Shown here: positions 52,332-63,981 of the stretch, one piece after another
Layout of the letters: every line of letters starts with the position of its first letter
Numbering within the stretch: the first letter of the stretch is position 1
NCBI GenBank assembly: GCA_963734495.1
Contig: CAVTHK010000002.1
Span: 1-64,000, forward strand
Direction of reading: 5' to 3'
Origin: an uncultured Spirochaetota bacterium
GTDB lineage: Bacteria; Spirochaetota; Spirochaetia; SZUA-6; CAVTHK01
Length of the DNA stretch: 64,000 bases
Program-made: the position numbers and the translations under genes
The notes under the pieces: model-generated
What the model saw: the letters and a program-made list of their open reading frames with translations, nothing else
What the model was told of the DNA's origin: nothing
The model's database searches: none

Positions 52332-53981
52332 TCAGAACTTGGGAATCGGCCGCTTGTCGTAGCGCTCGAGGGCGCTCTGCATGATCTCGATCGCGCGCGC
52401 GACGCCCATGCTGTTGATCTTCTGGAGATACGCGTTGAAGTTCGCCAGCGGCTCGGCGCCGACGATGAACTTGGCCAGCATCTCGTCGCGATAGGTGCCG
52501 ATCTCGCTCATCAGGGACGCCATCTCGCGGGACTGCTCCACCGTCGGAGTGACGGAGGGAAGCACGTGGCTGTGGTCGGCCGTAGCCTGCAGCATCTTGC
52601 CGCTCTGGGTCTGCGCATCCAGGGCCATCGTCTGCTCCCAGTAACGCGCGTCCTGGATCCACATGCGTCCGCTTCCGCCGTCGGGCGCGTACTTGCTGAG
52701 CGCGTTGACGGTCCCAAGGCCCTCCGGGTTCTTCATGATGAGATCGGTGTACTTCGGGAACCCGTTGACCCAGTTATAGGTGAGGCCCACGATCCCGAAG
52801 TTCCCCAGATTGTGGCCGTCCTCGGTCCACCAGAAGTTGAGCCACTGCAAAGCTTCGTGCGGGTGCTTGCTCTTGGCGCTGACCGCGCCTCCCGAGCCCT
52901 GGAAGGCGCTGAACGCGCTGACGTCCATGTTGTAGCTCTTGCCGTCCTTGGCATAGGGCCAGGGCGCATCCATGAGCGTGAACTTGGGGTTATTCTTTTT
53001 CCCGAGGGGAGTAAAGCCGCCCATCTCGGAGTTCAGGCGTCCCCAGAAGCCCCCGACGCGGCCCTCGGCGACCATGCTGCGCACCGAGTTGTAGTCGCGG
53101 CTCACCCAGTCCTTGTCCATCAGGCCGTTCTTGTACCAGCGGTTCATGACCGTCAGGTACTCGAGGTACTGCGGCTCTGCTGCGCCGAAGTGGACCTTCC
53201 CGTCGACCTGGTAGAAGTTGTAGTCCATGCCCCAGGCGCCCATGAAGTTGCGGATGCCTTCGATGTTTTTGTACTGCGAGCCCGTGTTCAGGACCGCCCA
53301 GGGGATGATGTTCGCCCCTCGGGTCTTGAACGCGGCGAGGACCTTCTCGAAGTCATCGATGTTCTTGGGCATCTGCAGGTTCATTTCCTGCACCCAGTCG
53401 TAGCGAAGCTGCGGACCGTTGAAATAGCGCTCCCACTCCTCCGACTTGTCCTTGATCCACGTGCGGAGGAAAGGCACCACGTACAGGCTGCCGGCGTCCG
53501 TCACGACCTGTTTGCCGATGTCCGCGCGATTGTTGAGAAATTTCGCCAGGTCAGGCGCGTCCTTGGCAACCATGGGGTTGAGCTTCAGGATCACCTTGTC
53601 CGCGATCGCCTTCTCCGGACCGCCCGGGAACGCGTTGAGCCAATCCCAGGAGATAATGTCCGGAAGATCGCCCGATGCGATCATCAGGTTGAATGGCTCC
53701 TGGGCCTGGTTCTCCGGCACCTGGATCCACTTGATCTTGATTCCCGTGTACTTTTCCGCCTCCGCCCAAGCCGGGACATCCGCATGGCCGGCCCGAGTTG
53801 CCGCTGTCCTGGCCGAGAGTTGGCACCAGTAGCTGATCTCCATGCCGTCGGCGATCCAGTGCGGCTTGCCCGCCGGCTTCTGGGTGGCGGCGGCCGATTT
53901 CTCCTGGCCTCCCGCGGCCCACAGCAGCGCCGTGGACGCCAACAAGGCCAGAACCAGTGCGAAGGTGCAGAATTTCTTCAT
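52332..53981 (-). CDS. Carbohydrate ABC substrate-binding protein (LplA-like)
   Basis: Signal peptide ending WAAGGQ; NLMIASGDLPD; FG..G.TY; KFIVG.EP. Confidence 0.88.
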   Translation of the reverse strand: MKKFCTFALVLALLASTALLWAAGGQEKSAAATQKPAGKPHWIADGMEISYWCQLSARTAATRAGHADVPAWAEAEKYTGIKIKWIQVPENQAQEPFNLMIASGDLPDIISWDWLNAFPGGPEKAIADKVILKLNPMVAKDAPDLAKFLNNRADIGKQVVTDAGSLYVVPFLRTWIKDKSEEWERYFNGPQLRYDWVQEMNLQMPKNIDDFEKVLAAFKTRGANIIPWAVLNTGSQYKNIEGIRNFMGAWGMDYNFYQVDGKVHFGAAEPQYLEYLTVMNRWYKNGLMDKDWVSRDYNSVRSMVAEGRVGGFWGRLNSEMGGFTPLGKKNNPKFTLMDAPWPYAKDGKSYNMDVSAFSAFQGSGGAVSAKSKHPHEALQWLNFWWTEDGHNLGNFGIVGLTYNWVNGFPKYTDLIMKNPEGLGTVNALSKYAPDGGSGRMWIQDARYWEQTMALDAQTQSGKMLQATADHSHVLPSVTPTVEQSREMASLMSEIGTYRDEMLAKFIVGAEPLANFNAYLQKINSMGVARAIEIMQSALERYDKRPIPKF

Positions 53982-54057
53982 GCAGCTACCTCCTTGCAGT
54001 TATCGCGCTGTCACGAGACCGACAGCAGGTCGTCCGGAGCGAGGCCTCCGCGACTTA

Positions 54058-54103
54058 GTGTTATAACACCCCAAATGCTCGCACGAGAGGCGACTGATGT
54101 CAA
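54058..54103 (-). promoter_or_regulatory. Promoter region of the SBP gene with perfect palindrome GTGTTATAACAC
   Basis: 12-bp palindrome at 54058-54069; minus-strand TTGACA at 54103-54098; -10 element weak. Confidence 0.6.
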
Positions 54104-54153
54104 GCAAAAACAAGGCTCGCGTAAGGTCGCGGTTCGGCGGGCGCCGAGGCGCC

Positions 54154-54795
54154 TCACTCCCGGATGAGACCGGAGAAGTAGATGTGCTCGCGCATGGCCT
54201 TTTCGGCGACGTCGGGGTCGCGCGACGCGATGCCTTCCACGATCTGCATGTGAAGGTCCGCCGGGATCGGGACCCGGGCGAGCTTCTGGGTCCGCACCGA
54301 ACGCTGAAGGATCTGGAACAGGTTGATCCTGTGCAGGGCGCTCTCGAGCGAGGGCCGGCTGGTTGCCTGGGCGAGCGACAGGTGGAAGCGGTAGTGGCGC
54401 TGCCAGAACGTGTCCTCGTCCTCAGGGGCGCGGGACGTGGCGTCCAGCTCGCGGGCGTAGTAGCGGAGCTGGTTCTCCTGCTCGCGCGTGAGATGCTTTG
54501 CCAGAATCCGGACGACCTGGCACTCGACGGCCTCGCGCAGGGCGAACCGGTCGGCGATCGTGTCCTCCGTGAGCTGGATCACCTTTGACCCGAAGTAGGG
54601 GAACGACTCGACCAGCCCTTCGTCTTCGAGGCGGTGAAGCGCCTCGATCACCGGAATGATGCTGACGCCTGTCAGCTTGGCCATTTTGCGCCGGGAAAGC
54701 TTGGCGCCCGGAGGCAGCTCGCCGCGGATGATCTTGCGGCAGATGATGTCGTACGCCAGGTTCGCTGCGGTCGTAGGGGGCGAGGTGATGCTCAT
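54154..54795 (-). CDS. GntR-family transcriptional regulator (FadR/FCD-type)
   Basis: I..GELPPG.KL, GVS..PV.EAL.RL..EGLV; RFH, H..I..I..RD..A...M.EH. Confidence 0.9.
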   Translation of the reverse strand: MSITSPPTTAANLAYDIICRKIIRGELPPGAKLSRRKMAKLTGVSIIPVIEALHRLEDEGLVESFPYFGSKVIQLTEDTIADRFALREAVECQVVRILAKHLTREQENQLRYYARELDATSRAPEDEDTFWQRHYRFHLSLAQATSRPSLESALHRINLFQILQRSVRTQKLARVPIPADLHMQIVEGIASRDPDVAEKAMREHIYFSGLIRE

Positions 54796-54881
54796 GCAGG
54801 CTCTCCCGTGCCGGCAGGGCCAGCCGGCCTGTCGCAGCCTCTCCTTGTGAAACAGGCGCTGAAAAGGCGGTCGATCCACGA

Positions 54882-54911
54882 AGTGTAGACCGTTATAACA
54901 GGTGGCGTCAA
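54882..54911 (-). promoter_or_regulatory. gntR promoter with the operator inside its spacer
   Basis: Minus strand TTGACG, N18, TACACT; the spacer contains TGTTATAACG (GTTATAACA on the plus strand, 54892-54900). Confidence 0.65.
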
Positions 54912-55007
54912 GGATCCGCGGGCGCTTGCGCGAACGCTCACCGTTAAACAGCGACTTGCCCTGATACTTCCGTCTGATGCCCCATCGCATGCCCGGCGGC
55001 GGAAATT

Positions 55008-55036
55008 TTGACTTCCCGGGTCAGCGATGCTATACC
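55008..55036 (+). promoter_or_regulatory. Putative sigma70 promoter of the RraA-Opp operon
   Basis: TTGACT, N17, TATACC with TG extension. Confidence 0.5.
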
Positions 55037-55177
55037 GGATCGTCGCGAAAGCGGCTGCGCCAGGACGGGCCCTCCCCACCGACAGCCCCGCCGAGGACAG
55101 GGGGCGAAGGGGGCCGGGGACTTGGCGCGCCCCCGAGGACGAGGGGGTCCACGACACGCCAGGTGATAGGAGGATTC

Positions 55178-55885
55178 ATGGCCAAGAAACTCGACGCGAG
55201 CATACTGGAGAAGTACAAGGGGCTGCGGGTGACCGACGTCTGCGACGGCATGGACGCGCTCGGGATGCAGGACATCGGGCTGGTGGACCGCGAGATCCAT
55301 CCGCTCTGGCGCGACATCGAGAACTTCACGCATCGGGTGTACGGGCTCGCCCACACGGTGCGCTTCGTGCCCACCAACCGCAAGAAGCCCGACTACAAGC
55401 CCGAAGGCTTCGACGACTTCAAGAAGTGGGGCTACGGCCTGGCCAAGGGGCCCTTCACCGACCAGATCAAGAAGGGCGACATGATCGTCATCGACGGCGA
55501 GGAGATCGGGAGCGTGGGCTACATCGGCTCCAACAACGCGTTCAGCTGGATCGCCGCGGGCGCCGTCGGCGTGGTGACCAACGGCGGCTGCCGCGACACT
55601 GATGAGCTGATCAAGCAGAAGGTGCCCGTGTATTCGCGCTACATCAACCGGACGATCCGCCCCGGCCGGCTCGAACTGGACACCACCAACGTGCAGCTCA
55701 ACATCGGCGGAGCGCTCGTGCGCCCCGGCGATCTCGTGGTGGCCGACGGCGATGGCGTCGTCGTCGTTCCGGCGGAGGTGGCGGAGGAAGTGTGCAAGTG
55801 GGCCTGGCATGTCGCCAACGACGACAAGGAAGGACGCAAGAAGATCTACGAGAAGCTGGGCAGGCCGCTGGACTGGACGGTGTAG
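55178..55885 (+). CDS. RraA/HMG-aldolase-family protein
   Basis: V.DVCD.MD, G.A.TVR, GD.IVID, G.VTNGG.RD..E, VRPGD.VVAD.DGVVVVP. Confidence 0.88.
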   Translation: MAKKLDASILEKYKGLRVTDVCDGMDALGMQDIGLVDREIHPLWRDIENFTHRVYGLAHTVRFVPTNRKKPDYKPEGFDDFKKWGYGLAKGPFTDQIKKGDMIVIDGEEIGSVGYIGSNNAFSWIAAGAVGVVTNGGCRDTDELIKQKVPVYSRYINRTIRPGRLELDTTNVQLNIGGALVRPGDLVVADGDGVVVVPAEVAEEVCKWAWHVANDDKEGRKKIYEKLGRPLDWTV

Positions 55886-55972
55886 AGGGTAACTGCGCGC
55901 GCCCGAGTCGGGCGGCCGGGAAGGACGAGCCTGGTGCGAGAGCACCGACCTGGTCGGATAGGAGGAGGAGTC

Positions 55973-57951
55973 ATGGCACGCACATTCTTGCGGATAGCGG
56001 CGCTTCTGGCGCTCGCACTCGTGGGCTCCGCCGTCTTGTTTGCCGGCGGGCAGCCGGACAAGCAGGGCGCGACGCCTTCGGCAGCCGCGGCCCCCGCGGC
56101 CAAGCCGGCGAAGTTCAAGGAGGCGCCCGAGCTGGCAGAGCTCGTCAAGGCGGGCAAGCTGCCTCCGGTGGAGCAGCGGCTGCCGGAGAACCCGGCGGTC
56201 GTCAAGCCGATCGAGCAGATCGGCGTCTACGGAGGCGCCTGGAAGTTCTTTATCGACAGCCAGAGCCGCCTCGTGGACGTCGGGGAGTTCACCGACATCG
56301 GCCTGCTGCGCTGGAAGCGCGACCAGAGCGGACCCGAGCCCTGCATGGCGGAAGGCTGGGAGGTCAAGGACGGCGGCAAGGAGTTCGTGATCAAGCTGCG
56401 AAAGGGCCTCAAGTGGTCGGACGGCCACCCCTTTACGGCCGACGACGTCGTCTTCTGGTGGGAAGACATCGTGATGAACAACGAGATCTACCCGATCAAG
56501 CCCTACTACATGTTCACCGCGACCCAGAAGCTCGGCACTGTGGTCAAGAACGACGATTATTCCGTGAGCTTCAAGTTCCCCGAGCCGCACGGCATGTTCA
56601 TCCTCTACCTGACAAAGGAGATCTGGACCTTCGCGCCCAAGCACTACGTGAGCCAGTTCCTGCCGAAGTACACGCCCAAGGAAAAGCTCGACGCAATGGC
56701 GAAGGAGAAGGGCTTCAAGACCTGGATCGATCTCCTGCGCTACAAGTTCAACACGTTCGGTCCGGGGGCGACGGGAGGCATGAACAACCCGGAGCTCCCG
56801 GTGATGTTCCCGTGGATTCCGACGCAGGAGCCGCCGAGCGAGAGGTTCATCTTCAAGCGCAACCCCTACTTCTACAAGGTCGACACCGACGGCAACCAGC
56901 TGCCGTACATCGACCAGGTGGACGTGCGCGTGGCGACTGCGGAGGTGATGAACCTCAAGATCATCGCCGGAGAGCCCAACTTCCAGGTCTCGCAGGCAGC
57001 AGGCCTTCCAGGAGATGCCGCTGTACATGCAGTACGCGGAAAAGAACGAGTACAACGTCTACCAGTGGGGCGACCTGCAGATCTCGGAGTGCGCGCTCTG
57101 GCCCAACCAGACGACGCCCGACCCCGTGGACCGGCAGATCTTCCGGGACGTCCGCTTCCGCCGCGCCCTGTCGGTGGCCATCAACCGGGAGAAGATCAAC
57201 AAGACCCTGTACATGGGACAGGGCAAGCCGACGGCCGCGACGTTGCCCCCGGTCGAGAGCAAGATCTACAAGGACTCCTACGCCACCGCCTACACCCAGT
57301 ACGACCCGGCGCAGGCCAACAAGTGGCTCGACGAAATGGGGCTGACGAAGCGCGACGCCGACGGATATCGGCTCAAGCCCGACGGCAAGCGCGCCGCGTT
57401 CGTCGTGGAGGTGCCCGCCCCGCGCCTCGGCATGATCGACAACCTGAACCTCATCAAGGACGACTACAAGGCGATCGGCATCGAGATCATCATCAAGCCC
57501 GAGGCCGAGAACCTGTGGAGCACGAGGAACACGGGCAACCAGTTCCAGATCGCCGGCTGGCCCATGGGCAAGTCCGCGACGGAGACGGACCTCGTCCCGA
57601 TCAACAACAACACGCGACTGGGGAGTCGCCTGGGGGATCTGGTACAACACCGGCGGCAAGCAGGGCGAGGAGCCGCCCGCGCAGATCAAGGAACTGCAGG
57701 CGGCCTGGAGCGAGATCCTCGCCAACACCGACGAGAAGGTTCAGCTGGCTGCCTACGCCAGGATCCTGCAGTCGAACGCCGACAACGTGTGGGTCATCGG
57801 CGTCGTCGGGCCGGTGCCCAAGCCGATCATCGTGAAGAAGTGGTTCCACAACGTGAAGAAGGACGGCGTGTGGAGCTACCACCACGGCAAGTTCATCGGC
57901 TGCACCGAAGTCTACCAGTGCTGGATCGAGAAGGCGCACCAGGGACAGTAG
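55973..57951 (+). CDS. ABC substrate-binding protein, family 5; frameshifts ~57000 and 57620
   Basis: FKEAP.L..LV.AGKLPPVE.RLP, LKWSDG.PFTADD, RNPYF.KVD..GNQLPYID; paralog of 116-2125. Confidence 0.88.
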
Positions 57952-57961
57952 TCGTCGCTCA

Positions 57962-57989
57962 GCCCCGCGGGCCTCGAGGCCCGCGGGGC
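57962..57989. repeat. Perfect 28-bp palindrome (hairpin) after the SBP gene
   Basis: GCCCCGCGGGCCTC|GAGGCCCGCGGGGC. Confidence 0.75.
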
Positions 57990-58017
57990 CTCATCTCACG
58001 GACGGACGGATAACGCG

Positions 58018-59010
58018 ATGGTGCAGTACGTCCTGAAGCGCCTGCTCTTCTGATGGTTCCGATGCTCATCGTGATCTCGATGTTCGTCTTCGTGCTGATC
58101 CAGCTCCCGCCCGGGAGCTTCGTCGACAGCCTGGTCATGCAGCTCGCGGCGCAGGGCCAGGAGGTCAGCTCCGACGTCGTGCGCAGCCTCGAGACCCGCT
58201 ACGGGCTGGATCAGCCGATCTACGTCCAGTACTGGCGCTGGGTCTCCGGCTTTCCCCGCGGGGACTTCGGCGCCTCGTTTCTCTTCTGGGGAAAGCAGAC
58301 CTGGGACATCATCAAGGTCTACCTCGGGCTACACGATTCTCATCGCTCTGACCACCGAGCTGTTCATCCTCGCCGTCGGCATCCCGATCGGGATCTACTC
58401 GGCCACCCACCAGTATTCGTTCGGCGACCACCTCTTCACGTTCATCGGGTTCGCGGGCCTGTCGATCCCGGGCTTCCTGTTCGCCCTCATCATGATGTTC
58501 GTGGCCTACTTCGTGTTCGGCATCCCGTCGGTCGGCGGCCTGTTCTCCGACCGCTACCTCGACGCGCCCTGGAGCCTCGGCAAGCTCGTCGACCTGCTCT
58601 CGCACCTGTGGGTGCCGATCGTCGTGCTCGGGCTCGAGGGCACGGCCGGCACGATCCGGCGGATGCGGGGCAACCTCCTCGACGTGCTCAACATGCAGTA
58701 CGTGGCCACGGCGCGGGCCAAGGGCCTGGCCGAGCACACGGTCGTGTACAAGCACGCGGCGCGCAACGCGATCGCGCCGATCATCATGGCCCTCGGGCTC
58801 TGGTTCCCGCAGCTGCTCTCGGGTGCGACGATCGTATCCGTGGTGCTGTCGCTTCCGACTCTGGGGCCCGTGCTCCTGCGGGCGCTGCAGATGCAGGACA
58901 TGTACCTTGCGGGGACCATCCTCTTTTTTCAGTGCGGGATGCTGCTGATCGGCAACCTGATGGCCGATGTCGCCTTGGCCTGGCTCGACCCCAGGGTCGA
59001 GCTGGACTGA
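58018..59010 (+). CDS. ABC permease (OppB-like); frameshifts ~58050 and 58325
   Basis: IQLPPG, GDFG.S, YVATARAKGL, LDPR. Confidence 0.88.
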
Positions 59011-59023
59011 AGGAAGCCGACGG

Positions 59024-60154
59024 ATGGTCAACCTGCTGCGCCGGCGCAAGGCTCCCCCCGAAGCATCGCCCCAGCCCATGCGCGTGGGCCTCTCCCAGTG
59101 GGACCTGATGAAGCTGAAGTTCCGCAGGGACTCACTCGCGGTGATCTCGCTTTGGGTCGTCGCGGCCATCTATGTCCTGATCGCGTTCGCGGACTTCTTC
59201 TCGCCGTACCCGATCGGGAAGAAGGACGAGGACTACACCTACGCGCCGCCCATGCGGGTCCGCCTGTTCCACGAAGGCCGGCTCTCCGCTCCGTTCGTCT
59301 ACGGATACAAGTACGAGATCGACCGCAAGACGTATCTCCGCAAGTACGTCGCCGACACGAAGCAGCGCTACCCGCTCCGCCTCTTCGTGCGCGGCGAGCC
59401 CTACAAGCTGCTCGGGCTCATCCCGGCGCGCCTCCGTCTCTTCGGCACCATCGATGGCGGCGTGGTCTTTCTCCTCGGCACCGATCGCTTCGGGCAGGAC
59501 ATCTGGAGCCGCATCCTGGCGGGTTCCCGCGTCACGCTGACCGCGGGCCTTCTCGGGGTCGCGATCAGCGTCGTGCTCGGCTCGATCCTCGGGACGCTCT
59601 CCGGGTTCTACGGCGGGGCCATCGACAACGTCCTGCAGCGCGTCATCGAGTTCCTCCGCTCCTTTCCGCAGATCCCTCTCTGGCTCACGCTCGCCGCCGC
59701 GCTGCCTCCGACGTGGAGCTCGATCCGCATCTACTTCGGCATCGTCACGATCCTGGCGTTCCTCGGGTGGACCGGGCTCGCGCGCGAGGTGCGGGGTAAG
59801 GTGCTCACCATGCGGGGCGCGGAGTACGTGATGGCGGCGCGGGCCGGCGGGGGCTCGCACTGGTACATCATCACCCGGCACATGATGCCCAACGCGCTCA
59901 GCCACATCATCGTGGTGGCGACGCTCGCGGTCCCCGGCATGATCCTGGGCGAATCGAGCCTCAGCTTCCTCGGCCTCGGCATCCAGCAGCCGATGACCAG
60001 CCTCGGCGTCCTGCTGCAGGAGGCGCAGAACGTGCGGACGATCGTCAACTACCCCTGGCTGTTCACGCCCGCGGCAGTGATCATCGTCTCGATCCTGGCG
60101 TTCAATTTCCTGGGCGACGGGCTGCGCGACGCGGCCGACCCTTACTCCCACTGA
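59024..60154 (+). CDS. ABC permease (OppC-like)
   Basis: LLGTDRFGQD, ESSLSFLGLG, GDGLRDAADP. Confidence 0.9.
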   Translation: MVNLLRRRKAPPEASPQPMRVGLSQWDLMKLKFRRDSLAVISLWVVAAIYVLIAFADFFSPYPIGKKDEDYTYAPPMRVRLFHEGRLSAPFVYGYKYEIDRKTYLRKYVADTKQRYPLRLFVRGEPYKLLGLIPARLRLFGTIDGGVVFLLGTDRFGQDIWSRILAGSRVTLTAGLLGVAISVVLGSILGTLSGFYGGAIDNVLQRVIEFLRSFPQIPLWLTLAAALPPTWSSIRIYFGIVTILAFLGWTGLAREVRGKVLTMRGAEYVMAARAGGGSHWYIITRHMMPNALSHIIVVATLAVPGMILGESSLSFLGLGIQQPMTSLGVLLQEAQNVRTIVNYPWLFTPAAVIIVSILAFNFLGDGLRDAADPYSH

Positions 60155-60164
60155 AGACGGCGGC

Positions 60165-61159
<995 letters not shown>

Positions 61160-61163
<4 letters not shown>

Positions 61164-62203
61164 GCGAGGCGATCCTCGAGGTCTCCGGTCTCAAGAAGCA
61201 CTTCCCGATCCGCAAAGGTCTCCTGCGCAGGACCGTCGGCCTTGTCCGGGCCGTCGACGGCGTGAGCTTCGACGTGCGGCAGGGGGAGACGCTCGGCATG
61301 GTCGGCGAGAGCGGCTGCGGCAAGACGACGACCGGCCGCTGCATCCTGCGGCTGTACGAGCCCACCGCGGGCGCGATCCGCTTCCGCATGGACGGCGATC
61401 TCGCGGACCTCGCGGGCCTCGACGAGCGGCGGATGAAGCGCGCGCGCCGCGAGCTGCAGATCGTGTTCCAGGACCCGTTTTCGTCGCTCGACCCGCGGAT
61501 GTCGGTGCGCGACATCATCGCGGAGCCGCTGCTGCTGCACGGCGTCGGCGACCGCAGGGAGCGGATCGAGCGCGTGGCCGCGCTCATGGAGCGCGTCGGG
61601 CTCGACGCCGCGCTCATGAACCGCTACCCGCACGAGTTCAGCGGCGGGCAGCGGCAGCGGATCGGCATCGCGCGCGCGCTGAGCCTCAGCCCGCGCCTCA
61701 TCGTCTGCGACGAGCCGGTCTCGGCGCTCGACGTGTCCGTGCAGGCGCAGGTGCTGAACCTGCTGATGGACCTGCAGGACGAGCTGGGCCTCACGTACCT
61801 GTTCATCGCCCACGACCTGTCCGTCGTCGAGTACATCAGCGACCGGATCGTGGTGATGTACCTCGGCCGCATCGTCGAGTCGGCAGCCTCCGACGAGATC
61901 TACCAGGCGCCGATGCATCCGTACACCGAGGCGCTGCTCGCGGCGATCCCGGTAGCTGACCCGCGCGCGCGCCGGGAGCGCAAGCCGCTGGAGGGCGGCG
62001 TGCCCAACCCGGCGGCGCCCCCGCCCGGCTGCCATTTCCACCCGCGCTGCCCCTATGCGCGGGACGTCTGCCGGGCGGAGGCGCCGCCGCTGCGCGCGCT
62101 CGGCGGCGCGCGCGCGGCCGCCTGCCACTTTGCCGGCGAGCTGACGCTGCGGGGCTTCGTGCCGCCGAAATCGAGCGGGCTCTACGGGGCGGCGCCGGCC
62201 TGA
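61160..62203 (+). CDS. ABC ATPase (OppF-like)
   Basis: [33 protein letters not shown]. Confidence 0.93.
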
Positions 62204-62228
62204 AGGTTCCGACCGAAAGGGGAGCGTG

Positions 62229-63981
62229 ATGGTGAAGACTCACGTCTGGGAAAAGCAGGAGATCGTGCTCGAGGCTGCAGGGCAGCTACGCGAACCCTTA
62301 CACCGACGTCGAGGTGTGGGTCGACCTTGAAGGACCCGGGTTCCGCAAGCGCTGCTGGGGCTTCTGGGACGGCGGGAGCACGTTCTGCGTCCGCGTGCTG
62401 GCCACGGCGCCCGGGAGCTGGAGCTGGAAGAGCGGCTCGAGCCCCGCGGACAAGGGGCTCGCGGGGCAGAAGGGCTCGTTCGAAGCGGACAGCTGGGGCG
62501 CAGAGGAGCTCGAGGCGAACCCCAACCGCCGCGGCTTCGTGATCGCCACGGCCAACGGCCACGGGCTGCAGTACTCCGACGGGACCCCCTTCTACCTGTT
62601 AGGCGACACGATGTGGGCGATCCCGACCTACCGCTTTCCGTGGTACGACGACGACCGCGAGCGCCCCGTCGGGCCCGGGATGGGCTTCAAGGACATCATC
62701 CGCTACCGCAAGCGGCAGCGGTTCAACAGCGTGGCGATCCTCGCCTGCTTCCCGAACTGGGACCGCGACGGCAAGCCTGCGCGCATCGTCACCGACGACG
62801 GCATCGTGATCCGCGCGGCCTGGCCTTCGCCCGACGGCAGCGCGAAGGACATGCCGAACGAAGGCGGCCGCGCCTTCCTGTTCCCTGGCAAGGTGCCGGG
62901 CTACGAGCTAGTCTTCCCCGACGTCGATCGGCTCAACCCCGAGTACTTCAGGTACCTCGATCGGAAGATGGACTTTCTGCACGAGCAGGGCTTCGTGCCG
63001 TTCCTCGAGATCGTGCGCCGCGACGCGACGCAGCCCTGGAAGCGGTACTACAAGTGGCCCGACTCGTACGCGCGCTACATCCAGTACGTGTTCTCGCGCT
63101 ACCAGGCGCACAACGTGGTCCTGAGCCCGATCCACTTCGACACGAAGAAGGACTCGCTCCCTCCCCGCGATTTCAACGAGCCATGCAACCTGGCGCACCG
63201 GAAGTACGGGCCGCCGCCCTTTGGCAACCTCGTGTCGACCAACGCGGGGCCGTCTACGCTCTCGCAGTTCGGCCACGTGAGCGACGACGCGCCGTGGCTC
63301 ACGCTGCACCAGATCGGCAACATGCGCGAGCACGACACCTACTGGTACCTCACGGAGATCTACCGCAAGGAGCCGCCGGTCCCGGCGCTCCACGGCGAGC
63401 CGTACTACTCGGGGTGGGGGACGCAGGTCGAGTACTACAAAGACTTCGCGATTGCGGGCAACACGCCGAAAGACGACCGCTACGTGCGCTCCGGCATGTA
63501 CGGGAGCTTCCTGTCGGGAGGGCTGGCCGGCTACATCTACGGCTGCACGGGCCTCGTGCGCGCGGACATCGAGCCCGAGGTGCCCACGAAGATCTGGGAC
63601 GGCCTGCAGTGGAGCAGCGCGAGGATGACGGCGATCTTCCGCGGCTTCGTCTTCTGCGAGGGCGCCCGCTACAAGGACCTCGAGCCGGACGCGGACCTCG
63701 TGTTGCCAAGTCGCAATCACGAGCTGCGCAGCTTCGACGGCTGGGCCTACTGCGCCCGCACGGCCGAGCGCGACCTCATCCTGCTGTACTTCGAGAAGGG
63801 CATCCGCGCCGGCACCGTCCGCGCGGCGCGCCACGACAGCCGGTACAAGGCCGACTGGTACGACGTGCGCACCGGTCGCTGGATCGACGCCGGGACGCTC
63901 GCCTCGGACGACCTCGAGATGATCCGGCTGCCTGCCAAACCCGACGACGAAGACTGGGCGCTGCGGCTCAAGCTGGTGTGA
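62229..63981 (+). CDS. DUF5060/DUF4038-type (apiosidase/GH140-related) putative glycoside hydrolase; frameshift near 62282
   Basis: N-terminal W...E......Y.NPY.DV..GFWDGG..F.VR; DGTPFY.LGDT.W; NP.YF..LD; P...EPYY; C-terminal WYD.RTG...DW.L. Confidence 0.7.
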
